From an uncultured Candidatus Saccharibacteria bacterium (GTDB taxonomy: Bacteria > Patescibacteriota > UBA1384 > GWA2-35-9 > CAYZGQ01), in assembly GCA_964478135.1 (NCBI GenBank), contig CAYZGQ010000001.1, positions 3,365 through 67,364 of the forward strand: a stretch of 64,000 bases of DNA, in the 5' to 3' direction. Positions 54,224 through 64,000 of this stretch are shown here, piece by piece (position 1 is the first letter of the stretch; each line of letters starts with the position of its first letter). Both the position numbers and the translations under genes were made by a program. The notes below the pieces were generated by a model, which saw nothing but the letters and a program-made list of their open reading frames with translations, did not search any database and was not told the DNA's origin.

Positions 54224-55486
54224 ATGGCGAATCGTCACTCTAGTTCGAGCCGACTTTCAGTCCCCGAGATTAAGGTGAGCCTCAAAAAGTTGCCTCGGTC
54301 ACGGGTTGCGCTGACGATTAGAGTATTCCAACAAATGTTAGGCGCCACGGCCAAACGGGTCTACTCAGCCATTGCTCCCCAAGTGACAGTGGCCGGCTTT
54401 CGGCCGGGCAAGGCGCCGATTGACAAAACGATCGAGGCGTTCGGTCGCGTCCGTTTTAGCAACGAAGTCCTTAACTTAGCCCTAAAAGAAAGCTACCAGC
54501 AGGGGCTTGAGAAAAATCAACTTGTGCCAGTGGCTGGGCCCTCAATCAGCTTGGCGGCTTGGCGGCTCGACGAGCGTGGCCGGCCGCTTGAGAATCTAGT
54601 CTACACGGCTGAAGTTGATGTCATGCCCAAGGTGTCAGTCAGCGGCTACCAGTCGATCCGTCTCAAAGACTATCAACCGTTGTCAAGCGAGGTGACCGAT
54701 CAGGAGGTTGAGGCGGTGTTAGATCATTTGAGCCGTCAGCGGGGTGAGCTCAAACCGCTTGACCGACCGGCGAGACTGGGAGACTGGATCCTTATTAGTT
54801 TTAAGGGCAGTATCGAAGGTGTGGTCAAAGAGCCGCTCACGTCAAAAAATTATCCTCTTGTTCTTGGGTCGAGGCGAATGGTCCATGGTTTTGAAGATAA
54901 TGTGGTTGGTATGAAGGCTGGTCAAAAAAAAACCTTTGAGTTGAGACTGCCCAAGTCAATCAAGGATTTGGGCGGCCGGAGAGCGGGCTTTGAAGTTTTG
55001 CTCCATGAGGTTAAAGAAATTATTAAGCGGCCGATTGACCAGGCCTTTGCCCAGTCTCTTGGTCACGAATCTCTTGAGAGTCTTAAAAAGGCGATCAGGG
55101 CCAATTTAGTTCGGGAAAAGAGTCAACGGGCGCGTCAACACCTGGAACAGACCGCTATACGGGAACTGCTTAAAAAACTGTCAGTCGAGATTCCAGACAG
55201 CTTAATCGAGCGTGAGCTTGGGCGGATGCTCGATTCGATTCGTGAGAGCGTTACCAAACAGGGACTGACCATGGAGGGCTACTTGGCTTCAATTAAAAAG
55301 ACGATCGAGCAACTGGCCCAAGACCTTCGAACCCGAGCCCAAGACTCGGTTCGAGCCGGTTTAGCCTTGACCGCACTTGGCCAGGCCGAAGCAATTGATA
55401 CCAATCAGCCAGGGTCAACTAATAAAGTGATTAACAGATTGATCGAGATTGGACTGCGATCAGATAAGAAATCAGATAAGAATTGA
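54224..55486 (+). CDS. tig: trigger factor
   Basis: The N-terminal ribosome-binding region includes GFRPGKAP. An FKBP-like middle domain ([14 protein letters not shown]....) and a helical C-terminal domain follow. I chose ATG 54224 over the ORF-track TTG 54215. Confidence 0.85.
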   Translation: MANRHSSSSRLSVPEIKVSLKKLPRSRVALTIRVFQQMLGATAKRVYSAIAPQVTVAGFRPGKAPIDKTIEAFGRVRFSNEVLNLALKESYQQGLEKNQLVPVAGPSISLAAWRLDERGRPLENLVYTAEVDVMPKVSVSGYQSIRLKDYQPLSSEVTDQEVEAVLDHLSRQRGELKPLDRPARLGDWILISFKGSIEGVVKEPLTSKNYPLVLGSRRMVHGFEDNVVGMKAGQKKTFELRLPKSIKDLGGRRAGFEVLLHEVKEIIKRPIDQAFAQSLGHESLESLKKAIRANLVREKSQRARQHLEQTAIRELLKKLSVEIPDSLIERELGRMLDSIRESVTKQGLTMEGYLASIKKTIEQLAQDLRTRAQDSVRAGLALTALGQAEAIDTNQPGSTNKVINRLIEIGLRSDKKSDKN

Positions 55487-55610
55487 CAATACGAGACCGA
55501 TTGATGATAGGGCTGACCTAACGAGTTTCGAAACCGAGCCGATCGGGCGATCGGGACAAATTATGGACAAACTGTCCAAAAACACGTTAAAATACAGTCA
55601 ATATAAGGCA

Positions 55611-56222
55611 ATGAATCAAAAAACCGTTGAGACAAACCAAATGCTCGTGCCAATGGTCCTGGAAAAAAGCCAGTTTGGCGAGCGAGCCTACGATATTTTT
55701 TCTCGCTTGCTCAAGGATCGGATTATTTTTCTGGGCACGCCGATCACCGACGAAGTGGCCAATCTTGTAATGGCCCAACTGCTTTTTTTGGAAGCAGACG
55801 ATCCTAAAAAGGACATTCAGATGTATATTAACTCGCCCGGGGGAGTGGTCACGGCTGGTTTGGCGATCTATGACACCTTGTGTTATCTCAAGTCCGATGT
55901 TTCGACTATCTGTATCGGTCAGGCCGCCTCGGCGTCGGCAATTTTACTGGCCGCTGGCACTAAAGGCAAGCGCTACGCCCTGCCTAACGCCCGGGTTATG
56001 ATTCACCAGGTTATGGGCGGAGCCGAGGGTCAGGCCAAGGATGTTGAGATTCAAACCCGGGAAATCATGCGGGTCAAACAAGCGATTAACCAGATTATGG
56101 CGAGACACACCGGCCAGCTGATCGATAAAATTGAGCGCGACACCGACCGAGATTTTTACATGAGCGCCGAGGAAGCCAAAAAGTATGGTATTATTGATCA
56201 GATTATTACCAAAGCGAAGTGA
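55611..56222 (+). CDS. clpP: ATP-dependent Clp protease proteolytic subunit
   Basis: [32 protein letters not shown], catalytic Ser in [14 protein letters not shown], and MIHQ. I moved the start to ATG 55611; the ORF-track start at 55449 overlaps tig. Confidence 0.9.
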   Translation: MNQKTVETNQMLVPMVLEKSQFGERAYDIFSRLLKDRIIFLGTPITDEVANLVMAQLLFLEADDPKKDIQMYINSPGGVVTAGLAIYDTLCYLKSDVSTICIGQAASASAILLAAGTKGKRYALPNARVMIHQVMGGAEGQAKDVEIQTREIMRVKQAINQIMARHTGQLIDKIERDTDRDFYMSAEEAKKYGIIDQIITKAK

Positions 56223-56251
56223 ATATTTAGGCTAAGCTCATTACGAATAGT

Positions 56252-57007
56252 TTGATCCCTAATCAGATAAAAAAAGTGTCTAAGTCCAAGACAGATACTC
56301 GAGATGGTTATTATGGCCGATCGTATTATTGCCAGGCTGAACGGGGCTATCACGAAAGCCATCTTGATCGGGCGCGAGATCAAAAGGCGCTCCATCCCTT
56401 TTTTTGGTCAGTCTTAACCGAGGGAAAGTTTCAGCCAAAGACACTGCTCGATGCCGGTTGCGGTTTGGGTCTGTACGCCGATTTTGCGGCGAGCCAAGGG
56501 GTGGTTGTCACCGGTCTTGACCGTTCCAGTTTTGCCTGTCAGGAATCAAGTCAGCTACTCGGATCAAACAAGGTGGTCAGGCATGATTTGGAAAAGACAG
56601 CCATACCCTTTAGGGCCAACAGATTTGATGCGGTAGCTTGCCTGGACGTGATCGAGCACGTCAAGAGGGATCAGTATGTCCTTAATCAAATTTACCGGGT
56701 AATTAAACCTGGCGGACGAATTTTAATCACCACACCCAACGCGTCTGGCTGGTGGCATAGAATTTTTGGTCAAAGTGATTTTAGCCATGTTAATGTCCAG
56801 GATCAGCGCTACTGGCGCCAACTTTTAACCAAGACCGGCTTTATCAATATCGAGCTAACCGGCATAGCTTTATTCGATCTCTTGCCCCATAAAAGATTGA
56901 GAAAACTTTTTAAACGCCGACGGGCGCGGCCGATCCGATTATCTTGGCCACCCTTTTTGGTTTGGGCCTTAGTTATCAGAGCCTCAAAGCCGGTAGGCTG
57001 GTCTTAG
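56252..57007 (+). CDS. class I SAM-dependent methyltransferase
   Basis: Motif I LLDAGCGLGLYA, then VTGLDRS, FDAVACLDVIEHV and IKPGGRILITTPN. Confidence 0.75.
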   Translation: MIPNQIKKVSKSKTDTRDGYYGRSYYCQAERGYHESHLDRARDQKALHPFFWSVLTEGKFQPKTLLDAGCGLGLYADFAASQGVVVTGLDRSSFACQESSQLLGSNKVVRHDLEKTAIPFRANRFDAVACLDVIEHVKRDQYVLNQIYRVIKPGGRILITTPNASGWWHRIFGQSDFSHVNVQDQRYWRQLLTKTGFINIELTGIALFDLLPHKRLRKLFKRRRARPIRLSWPPFLVWALVIRASKPVGWS

Positions 57008-57044
57008 AGCATCTGATCGTGGTATCGTAGTATTATCACGCTTT

Positions 57045-58163
57045 TTGGGAAAAGGAGGGATCATTAAAACAGGCGGTAAAAGGATCTTAATTTTAAACTG
57101 GTACGATAAGCGTCATCCCAAATCAGGGGGGGCTGAAGTTTACCTTGAAGAGGTGGCTAAAGAGCTTAGTTTACTTGGCCATGAAGTCCATTGGTTTGCT
57201 AGTTCCTTTTCTGGTAATACTCCCCACGAGTTAGTTGAGGGTATCACAATCGAGCGTTTTCATCAGTCGTACTTAATCAATCTAGTCAGCTTGTGGCGTT
57301 TGTTCAAGGAGCGTTCCCGTTTTGATCTGGTGATTGACGCGACCAACAAATTGCCTTACCTAACCTCGATATTTTTTAGATCAAAATCCTTGCCCTTGTT
57401 TTTGCACATCAACGATCAAATTTTTACCAAAGAATTCGGCCAGATTTTTGGTCGGCTGGGCAGGTGGTTTGAACGACAGATGGTCAAAACCTACCGTCGG
57501 CTCAAGGTTGTGGCGATCTCGAAAAGCACGGCCAGCGATCTTGAAAAATTGGGATTGTCACAAGAACAAGTCGTGATCGCGGTTCCAGGTGTTAAGACCG
57601 ATCTGTACCGCCCTGGCAAAAAATCTGACTATCCTTTGATCGTGTCGGTCAACAGACTCCGCCGCTATAAAAACCTCGACATTTTGATCAAGTCTTTTAA
57701 GGCTGTTAACCGGTCAATTCCTAAAGCCCGGCTCGTGATAATGGGCAGGGGTCCAGATTATGCCCGTTTGGTTAGGTTGATTCATAAGTTCAAGCTTGAG
57801 CAATCGGTCAGACTGACTGGATTTGTGTCCGAGAGGGAAAAAATTAACTGGCTTCAAAAAGCTTGGATTCACGTCAATCCTTCAACCAAAGAAGGTTGGG
57901 GTCTTAACGTGATTGACGCGGCGGCCTGCGGCACGCCCTCGGTCGGAAGCGATGTCGCGGGTTTGAGAGATTCGATCCAAGATGGTGCTACAGGTTGGCT
58001 GGTGCCAGTTGGAGCCGAGTCTGCTTTGTCAAGAAAGCTGATTAAAGTTTTAAAAGACCATCAGCTAAGGCGGCAGATTGGTAAACGATGCCTCGGCTGG
58101 GCCAGTCAATTCAGCTGGGCGCAGACCGCTCGAATGTTCGATGAAGTCATTAGCTCTCGCTAG
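57045..58163 (+). CDS. glycosyltransferase family 4 (GT-B)
   Basis: C-terminal EGWGLNVIDAAACGTPSVGSDVAGLRDSI (the E-x7-E region). An alternative start is ATT 57063, preceded by GGAGG-N4. Confidence 0.8.
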   Translation: MGKGGIIKTGGKRILILNWYDKRHPKSGGAEVYLEEVAKELSLLGHEVHWFASSFSGNTPHELVEGITIERFHQSYLINLVSLWRLFKERSRFDLVIDATNKLPYLTSIFFRSKSLPLFLHINDQIFTKEFGQIFGRLGRWFERQMVKTYRRLKVVAISKSTASDLEKLGLSQEQVVIAVPGVKTDLYRPGKKSDYPLIVSVNRLRRYKNLDILIKSFKAVNRSIPKARLVIMGRGPDYARLVRLIHKFKLEQSVRLTGFVSEREKINWLQKAWIHVNPSTKEGWGLNVIDAAACGTPSVGSDVAGLRDSIQDGATGWLVPVGAESALSRKLIKVLKDHQLRRQIGKRCLGWASQFSWAQTARMFDEVISSR

Positions 58164-60174
58164 GACAGATCAATTTAAGCTGTTTTTGAGTGTCATTGTT
58201 AGTTTAGCCTTTGTGTGGCGACTGACAATCGCCCTAGCCGGGCCCTGGCGGCCGGATGAAATTGTCTATATTGACTGGCTTGGTCAGTGGTTTCGCGGTC
58301 ATTTTTTTGAGTATTTTTTTCAGATTAAACAGACCGTTTTTCCGCCCCAGTCACCGGTTTTTGGCAACCCTCCTTTAGCCATGTGGTTGATGGCGCTCGC
58401 AAGCGCCGTGTCCGAGTTTTTCGGTCAAAGCGCTTTAATCGGAGCGAGACTGGTTAACGTTTTCTTGGGTTCGCTGGCGGTTTACCTGACAGCTAGTTTA
58501 GGCAAGCGCCTGTTTAGCCATAAGGTTGGTCTTGTGGCGGCGGCAACAATGGCCGCGACTCCTTTTGTGGCGGTCAACAACGCCACAGCTTACCTTGACA
58601 CGCTTTTGGTAAGCTTGATTATCGCCAGCTGGCTCGTTCTTGAGAGTTATCGCAGATCCAATACTAGAGCGAACGCTCTAATGATTGGGGTGATTAATGG
58701 TTTAGCCTTGCTGACCAAGGCCAGCGCCTTGCCTTTTGTCCTCCTTAATCTGATTGGAGTGTACGTCTTAACTCGATCGACCGGTCTCTTTCGAGGCAGA
58801 CAGTTGAGAGTGGCTTTTTGGTCCAGCTTGATCGTACCGCTTGTTTTGTGGCCTGGCGCCAGGGATTTTGGCCATATCTACCAGATAATTAGTTACTTCT
58901 CAACAATCGGCAAAGAAGCCCTGTTTGAGAGTCTGGCTCCAACGTCTCTAATTTACTTAAACATGATGGTCAGTATCCTGCCTTTGGCTTCAGTGTTTGG
59001 ATTAGGGTTGTTTATCGTTTGGTTTATTAAGGACGGCCTGGAGAGCCGGCCAGCCTGGTGGCTAGTTCTAAATCTGGCGGCCTACTTCAGTTTTTTGATC
59101 GCCATCACTGGTCCTAGGGATAGCCATCACTTGGTGGTGATATCGCCAGCCCTGTCTATAATATCGGCCCTTGGGCTAGTCTGGATTTTCAAACGATTAA
59201 ATCAATCCGCTGTCTTGACTCTTAAAATCGTGGTCGCGCTTTCGTTTTTGGCTCCCGCCCTGTCGATTAAACCGGCCTTCGCCAGCTTGTATGTTAACAG
59301 CCTGATCACTAAGAATCAGGCAAGAGACAAGTTCGTTCTGGCCAGTGGAGGTGAGGGTCTAGTTGAGTTGGCGGCCTGGCTCAAAGAAAACGTTGGAGGG
59401 CAAGACGTGATCGCCAGCGGCTACGAAAATTTTCAGCTGGCCAAATATATTGATAATCCGATCGTGCCCTTTTTTGGTTTTGATGGACTAGATGGAGTCA
59501 GGGCTCGAGGCGCCAATTGGGTCGTGGTAACAAGCTCTATAGAGAATCGGTCCAATCAGGCGAGCTGGCGCTACTTTAGCCAGCTCGCACCGAACTTTGA
59601 AGTATCCTATCAAGGTTTGACCGTTCAAAGGGTTTATAAAATTAACTATGACGACACATTCTCGGGCGTTAATATTAAGATCGGTCACCCTGGCTTAACA
59701 TCCTGGAGAACGGGCAAGCGTTTACCCCAAGATGAAGTTATTTTTGTTCCAGAAGAAGGGGGGGTAAAGATTGACTACAGCTTCCCTGACGAAGGACCGC
59801 TTAGCTGGTTTTTCCTGGAATCAGAGGCTGTTTTTGATCTAAAGCCATACCGGGGGATCGCCCTTGATGTTTATGGGGATGGTCTTGGAATAGACACTCT
59901 AACAACCCATCGGGGTTTGCCTCGGCAGTCGCTCAAAATTGACCTAATGGGGGAAAACAGGAGAGCCAATGTTTTAAGATACAGCCTCGGTGTCGCGTGG
60001 CCGGGCTGGCGCAGGGTCTATATTCCGTTTGAGCTGTTCCAGCCGCAAGTTCTAGAACCAGATGTTACCATGCCCGGACTAAGTGATAAACTGGTGCTCA
60101 AATTTGCCCTTGATTCAAGGTCACAACAGCGGGCTAAAATCGGTTTGCGCAACATTGTTTTAGTTCCAAAGTAG
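58141..60174 (+). CDS. GT-C fold membrane glycosyltransferase (GT39 / ArnT / PMT-like) with C-terminal extracytoplasmic domain
   Basis: About 11 TM segments. A DE motif in the first loop (WRPDEIVYIDW). I set the start at ATG 58141; the ORF-track start at 58078 lies inside the preceding GT4 gene. Confidence 0.7.
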   Translation: MKSLALARTDQFKLFLSVIVSLAFVWRLTIALAGPWRPDEIVYIDWLGQWFRGHFFEYFFQIKQTVFPPQSPVFGNPPLAMWLMALASAVSEFFGQSALIGARLVNVFLGSLAVYLTASLGKRLFSHKVGLVAAATMAATPFVAVNNATAYLDTLLVSLIIASWLVLESYRRSNTRANALMIGVINGLALLTKASALPFVLLNLIGVYVLTRSTGLFRGRQLRVAFWSSLIVPLVLWPGARDFGHIYQIISYFSTIGKEALFESLAPTSLIYLNMMVSILPLASVFGLGLFIVWFIKDGLESRPAWWLVLNLAAYFSFLIAITGPRDSHHLVVISPALSIISALGLVWIFKRLNQSAVLTLKIVVALSFLAPALSIKPAFASLYVNSLITKNQARDKFVLASGGEGLVELAAWLKENVGGQDVIASGYENFQLAKYIDNPIVPFFGFDGLDGVRARGANWVVVTSSIENRSNQASWRYFSQLAPNFEVSYQGLTVQRVYKINYDDTFSGVNIKIGHPGLTSWRTGKRLPQDEVIFVPEEGGVKIDYSFPDEGPLSWFFLESEAVFDLKPYRGIALDVYGDGLGIDTLTTHRGLPRQSLKIDLMGENRRANVLRYSLGVAWPGWRRVYIPFELFQPQVLEPDVTMPGLSDKLVLKFALDSRSQQRAKIGLRNIVLVPK

Positions 60175-60218
60175 GGGATTGTTTGCTCCGGGTTTTGTCA
60201 AGTGACTAGAGCTGGCCC

Positions 60219-61343
60219 ATGAGAATCGTCATAACCGATTTTGATGATCTTACTAACCCTTATGGCGGCGGTCAGGCCATTAGAACTTTTGAAATTGCCA
60301 AAAGACTGGCTCTCAAACACGACCTAACGGTTGTTACTTTTGGTCACTGGGGTAAAAAACCAAAGGTTGTCGAGGCGGTTCGATTTGTTCCGATTGGTTT
60401 TGGTCGTTTTCCGATTAACCACCTAAGTTATTTAGCCCAATTACCCAAAACCGTTTCAAAAATTCCCCACGACATTGTGCTGGAGCAGTGGACTCCGCCA
60501 ATTGGCATGAGTCTGCCGCCTTTGCCCTTAGTCACCAAGGCACCGGTGGTCGCTTCTTTGTCTTGGTTTTTTAGCCAATGGATGAGCCGGAAATATCACC
60601 TGCCTTTTGCCAAGTTAACGTTTGGGCTGGCTAAGTCGTATCGTTTCGCGATTGGGATGACCGAGTTTGACGCGGCTAGATTTCGCAAACTGAATCCTCA
60701 TGCCAAGGTCTGGACGATTCCCTACGCGGCTGACAGTCCCGATGTTGTCAGAGGTAATTTTGGTATGACACAATTGAGTATTGAGCCAGACTTCGAATAC
60801 ATTTTGTTTTTAGGCCGGCTTGATATTCATCAAAAAGGTTTGGACCTATTGATTAAAATTTTTGTTGACAACAGAGAAAAATTACCTGTCCTGATCGTGG
60901 CGGGGGAGGGCCGAGAGCGAAAACGTCTCTTAAGAATGATCGTAAGGAAAGGTTTGTCCGACCGAGTTATTCTGCTCGGTCGTGTTGACGGAGAGCGTAA
61001 ACAACTCCTTATTGCTAAGGCTAGGGCGCTAGCTGTTCCTTCTCGCTATGAAACTTTTGGCCAGGTGGTGATTCAAGCTTTTGCGCAAAGAACGCCGGTC
61101 GTTATGTTTAACTTGCCCCAATTTCGTAAAATAGTCCCTCAAGGATATCCACTGTTTGCCCCTGCCTTTGATTTGGCTCGATTTGGTCAGTTGCTAAGAC
61201 GTGTTTGTCAAGACGTTGATTTTAGGTCAAAAATAGTCACTCAATATCAATTGGCTCGACAATTTATAGATTGGGATACTATTGCCGATTATCACCAAAA
61301 AGTGTTTGATCAAGTCGTTTTGAAAAATCAGCGCCGGGAATAA
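60219..61343 (+). CDS. glycosyltransferase family 4 (GT-B)
   Basis: FLGRLDIHQKGLDLLI, and VPSRYETFGQVVIQAFAQRTPVV (the E-x7-E-like region). Confidence 0.8.
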   Translation: MRIVITDFDDLTNPYGGGQAIRTFEIAKRLALKHDLTVVTFGHWGKKPKVVEAVRFVPIGFGRFPINHLSYLAQLPKTVSKIPHDIVLEQWTPPIGMSLPPLPLVTKAPVVASLSWFFSQWMSRKYHLPFAKLTFGLAKSYRFAIGMTEFDAARFRKLNPHAKVWTIPYAADSPDVVRGNFGMTQLSIEPDFEYILFLGRLDIHQKGLDLLIKIFVDNREKLPVLIVAGEGRERKRLLRMIVRKGLSDRVILLGRVDGERKQLLIAKARALAVPSRYETFGQVVIQAFAQRTPVVMFNLPQFRKIVPQGYPLFAPAFDLARFGQLLRRVCQDVDFRSKIVTQYQLARQFIDWDTIADYHQKVFDQVVLKNQRRE

Positions 61344-61353
61344 GACTAGTTTG

Positions 61354-61362
61354 TGGTACAAT
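61354..61362 (+). promoter_or_regulatory. extended -10 element (TGGTACAAT) 7 nt upstream of ATG 61370; possible leaderless transcript
   Basis: TGnTACAAT at 61354-61362. There is no SD between it and the ATG. Confidence 0.4.
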
Positions 61363-61369
61363 ACAAAAA

Positions 61370-62521
61370 ATGAGGCGGGTGACTATTTTTCGGTTCGGCC
61401 CGATGAGAAATTTAGTAGTCTTGGTTTTTGGGCTGGTCATTTTTAGCCTGGCAGGCACGGGGGCGGCTTTGGGTCAAACTCGCGATCTATGCCTAGCCGA
61501 TCCCTACTGCACCGATAAAACTCGAGAAGAGGTTGGCATTTTTCAAAAACTAGATCCCTCCGGACAAACAGCCGAGGCGGTTAGTTTGATTAAGCTAGTG
61601 GTTGAGTCGGCTGTTGGTCCGATCGCGATCACTGCTGCCGCCAGTACCTTTGCCGGTGGTATTGGTTTTGTCTTACAAATACCCTTGATACCAGCTTGGA
61701 CCAGACGTAGGGCCAAACCCTGGGGGAGTGTTCTCGATAGAGTTTCCGGAGCGACCCTGTCGGCTGTTTTGGTCCGCTTGTTTGAAACAGAATTTGGCCG
61801 ACTTGTGGCTAGCGCCCTATCCGACAGCCAAGGGCGATTTAGTTTTCAGTTAACTGAACCGGGACGTTTTTTTGTCTTGGCCAGCGCCAGCGGTTATGAG
61901 CTGACTAGAACTCAAGATTTTATTGTTTCAGACCCTCGCCAGGGCAAGCCTGGTTCAGACTGGAAGATTTATCTTAACCCAATTTCGACCGCCCGAAGCT
62001 TAAAACAAGATCACTTAATTTGGTTAAGACCGGTCAGCGTGTTCCTAACTCTTATCAGGCGACCGTTACTCGTTCTTGGCAGTTTGGTTACTTTAATGGC
62101 TCTGGTGACAAGCTTTGATCTAAAGGTTTTGATGTTTGCCTTTTTTTACTTGATTTTGTGGTTGCTCGAGTACTGGCAATCAAGACCACCCAAGCCCTAT
62201 GGCCAGCTGATTGATCGGGCAAGCGGCCGGCCTGTTACTTTGGCTCTTATTCGGGCCTACCGAGTTCGGTCCAACTCTCGTTCGTATCTTGCCCAAACGA
62301 CTGTTTCAAACAATCAGGGTCAGTATCGCTTACTGGTAGCGCCAGGAAAGTACTACTTTGAGATTGAGCGCCCAGGCTATTTTAAGTTAAGGATCGGTCC
62401 GAAGCGGTTATTCGGTCTAAAAACTCAACCTAATTATCGATTTAAACTCCAACCGGTGACTCAACCGCTTGGTCAAAAATCGTGGTCAGCGACAGTTGAG
62501 CGGACTGGAGTGTCGGTATGA
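61370..62521 (+). CDS. membrane protein with two carboxypeptidase-regulatory-like (CarboxypepD_reg) domains
   Basis: Signal/TM N-terminus and internal TM helices. Two segments of type VLDRVSGATLSAVLVRLF......SDSQGRFSF.L.EPGRFFV.ASASGYE. Confidence 0.5.
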   Translation: MRRVTIFRFGPMRNLVVLVFGLVIFSLAGTGAALGQTRDLCLADPYCTDKTREEVGIFQKLDPSGQTAEAVSLIKLVVESAVGPIAITAAASTFAGGIGFVLQIPLIPAWTRRRAKPWGSVLDRVSGATLSAVLVRLFETEFGRLVASALSDSQGRFSFQLTEPGRFFVLASASGYELTRTQDFIVSDPRQGKPGSDWKIYLNPISTARSLKQDHLIWLRPVSVFLTLIRRPLLVLGSLVTLMALVTSFDLKVLMFAFFYLILWLLEYWQSRPPKPYGQLIDRASGRPVTLALIRAYRVRSNSRSYLAQTTVSNNQGQYRLLVAPGKYYFEIERPGYFKLRIGPKRLFGLKTQPNYRFKLQPVTQPLGQKSWSATVERTGVSV

Positions 62522-62528
62522 GATTGGT

Positions 62529-64000
62529 ATGAAATCGGTCTTGTTGCTCATATTAGATGGTTTTGGCCTGGCTCCTCTACTGGAAGGTAACGCCGTTGCC
62601 CAAGCTAAGACTCCAATCCTTGACGCCTTGTCGCGTCAGGCGAGACTTTTCGCCCTTCACGGCGCGGGCGAGGCGGTTGGTTTACCCTGGGGGGTGATCG
62701 GCAATTCAGAAGTGGGTCACACCACAATGGGTGCGGGCCGAGTCGTTCTTCAGGATTATCCTCAAATCAATCAAGCGATCCAAAACGGAACTTTTTTTAG
62801 AAACCAGAGCCTTTTAGACACAGTCGATCATGTCAAAAAGAACAACTCAACTCTGCATGTTATGGGTATCTGTTCTAACGCTGGCGTCCACGGCTATATT
62901 GATCACATTATTGGTGTGATTGAGTTGGCCAAGCGATCGGGTTTGAATCGGCTTGGAATTCATCTCATAACTGATGGGCGAGACACTCCACCTCAAAGCG
63001 GTCAGGTATTCGTTGGCCGAATCAAGCAGGCGATTAGTCAGCGTGGTGTTGGGACTATCGCGACCTTGGTCGGTCGATACTGGGCCATGGATCGGGATAA
63101 AAATTGGGATCGGATCAAACTGGCCTATGATGCGCTCACACTATCGGGCAAGAGCCCCAGTGTGAGCGATCCAGTGTCAGCTCTCAAAGCGGCCTACCAG
63201 ACTGGTCAGAATGACGAGAACCTTAAACCGATAATTCTGGAGTCCCAACTCCGCCTTAAGTCTTTAGACGGGCTGATCTTTACTAACTTTCGTAGTGACC
63301 GGGCGATTCAGTTGACCAAAGCCCTGGCCGATCCAAAATTCGATAACTTTGCGCTTAAGCCGCTTAACAACTTTAAGATGGTAACGATGACTACTTTCGA
63401 GGATTCAAACCTACCGACACTGACAGCCTTTAGCGCGATTATGTTAGCCAACCCCCAGACTAACCCGACCGACCAGCCCTTGGGGCAGATTGTGGATCAG
63501 GCCGGACTGACTCAAGTCAGGATCGCCGAGACTGAAAAGTCGGCCCACGTGACCCAATTTTTTGATCTGGGTCGAGCCGATCCCTACTCAACCCGAGACC
63601 GAAGAATTATTGTCCCTTCTAAAAAAGTTAGTTCGTTTGCCCAAGCGCCGGAGATGTCGGCGGCAGAGATTGCCTACCAAGCTGAAAAAGTTATGGCTGA
63701 TCGACCCAATCTGATGGTTATTAACTTGGCCAACGCCGATATGGTTGGTCACACCGGTGATTTCAAGGCGACCCTGAAGGCGGTCGAAATCCTGGATCGA
63801 GTAGTTGGTCAATTAGTCAGTCAAGCTCAATCCAAGGATATTGACGTTATGATTACAGCCGATCATGGCAACGCCGAGGCTATGGTTGAGTTAGACGGAT
63901 ACTCGTCCAATAAAGAACACTCAATCAATCCAGTCCCGTTTTTGATTGTCACGGCCGATCGACCGGTCAACTTAACCCGGACCCGCCCGTTGACTCCCAA
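62529..64000 (+). CDS. gpmI: 2,3-bisphosphoglycerate-independent phosphoglycerate mutase (3' end outside window)
   Basis: Not in the ORF track because no stop lies in the window. MKSVLLLILDGFGLAP..GNAVAQAKTPILD, NSEVGHTTMGAGR, ITDGRDTPP, NLANADMVGHTG and ITADHGNAE. Confidence 0.9.
   Translation, partial: MKSVLLLILDGFGLAPLLEGNAVAQAKTPILDALSRQARLFALHGAGEAVGLPWGVIGNSEVGHTTMGAGRVVLQDYPQINQAIQNGTFFRNQSLLDTVDHVKKNNSTLHVMGICSNAGVHGYIDHIIGVIELAKRSGLNRLGIHLITDGRDTPPQSGQVFVGRIKQAISQRGVGTIATLVGRYWAMDRDKNWDRIKLAYDALTLSGKSPSVSDPVSALKAAYQTGQNDENLKPIILESQLRLKSLDGLIFTNFRSDRAIQLTKALADPKFDNFALKPLNNFKMVTMTTFEDSNLPTLTAFSAIMLANPQTNPTDQPLGQIVDQAGLTQVRIAETEKSAHVTQFFDLGRADPYSTRDRRIIVPSKKVSSFAQAPEMSAAEIAYQAEKVMADRPNLMVINLANADMVGHTGDFKATLKAVEILDRVVGQLVSQAQSKDIDVMITADHGNAEAMVELDGYSSNKEHSINPVPFLIVTADRPVNLTRTRPLTP

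Noticed and set aside
62974-63812. A 63-aa plus-strand ORF and a 74-aa minus-strand ORF inside the region after 62529.
   Set aside because: Both lie within the unlisted but clear gpmI reading frame, which runs off the window end.

Overview
This 64-kb window comes from a gene-dense, streamlined bacterial genome that uses the standard genetic code: TGA, TAG and TAA each close well-supported genes. I count about 53 protein-coding genes, all but 3 on the + strand, and many are joined by 4-nt ATGA overlaps. I recognised no rRNA, tRNA, CRISPR array, transposase or integrase.

The backbone is housekeeping: rsmA, rsmI, metG, sufS/sufU, folD, mnmA, ligA, gatC-gatA-X-gatB, prfA, rpmE, rpsB, tsf, frr, rseP, proS, tpiA, pgk, gpmI, tig and clpP. 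Several products are conspicuously short (RF1, EF-Ts, L9, ProRS, PGK). Together with an HTH-TM protein, a pilin-like domain and giant S/T/G-rich envelope proteins, this resembles Candidate Phyla Radiation / Patescibacteria genomes. That assignment is inference only.

Four giant surface-protein genes are interleaved with the core genes:
- a 2085-aa protein in an apparent operon with a TPR protein and a MacB/FtsX-type ABC pair;
- a 1816-aa protein with two cytoplasmic HTH repeats, one TM helix and a tail-fibre-like ectodomain;
- two paralogous LPKTG proteins of about 1101 and 1229 aa.

The most interesting observations:
1. The sortase homologue co-operonic with an LPKTG substrate has Ser in place of the catalytic Cys and contains no cysteine at all.
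2. The HTH-TM-tail-fibre giant protein is an unusual architecture.
3. There is evidence for AUU initiation at the locally preferred GGAGG-N4 spacing.
4. A promoter-to-terminator unit encodes an ASCH protein, an orphan-SD 38-codon ORF, an asymmetric double-hotdog protein and a FabL/FabI-like reductase.
5. A 710-bp ORF-free region is rich in dyad symmetry.

A glycosylation cluster (methyltransferase, GT4, GT-C, GT4) sits at the 3' end. All calls are by-eye motif recognition; no searches were run.
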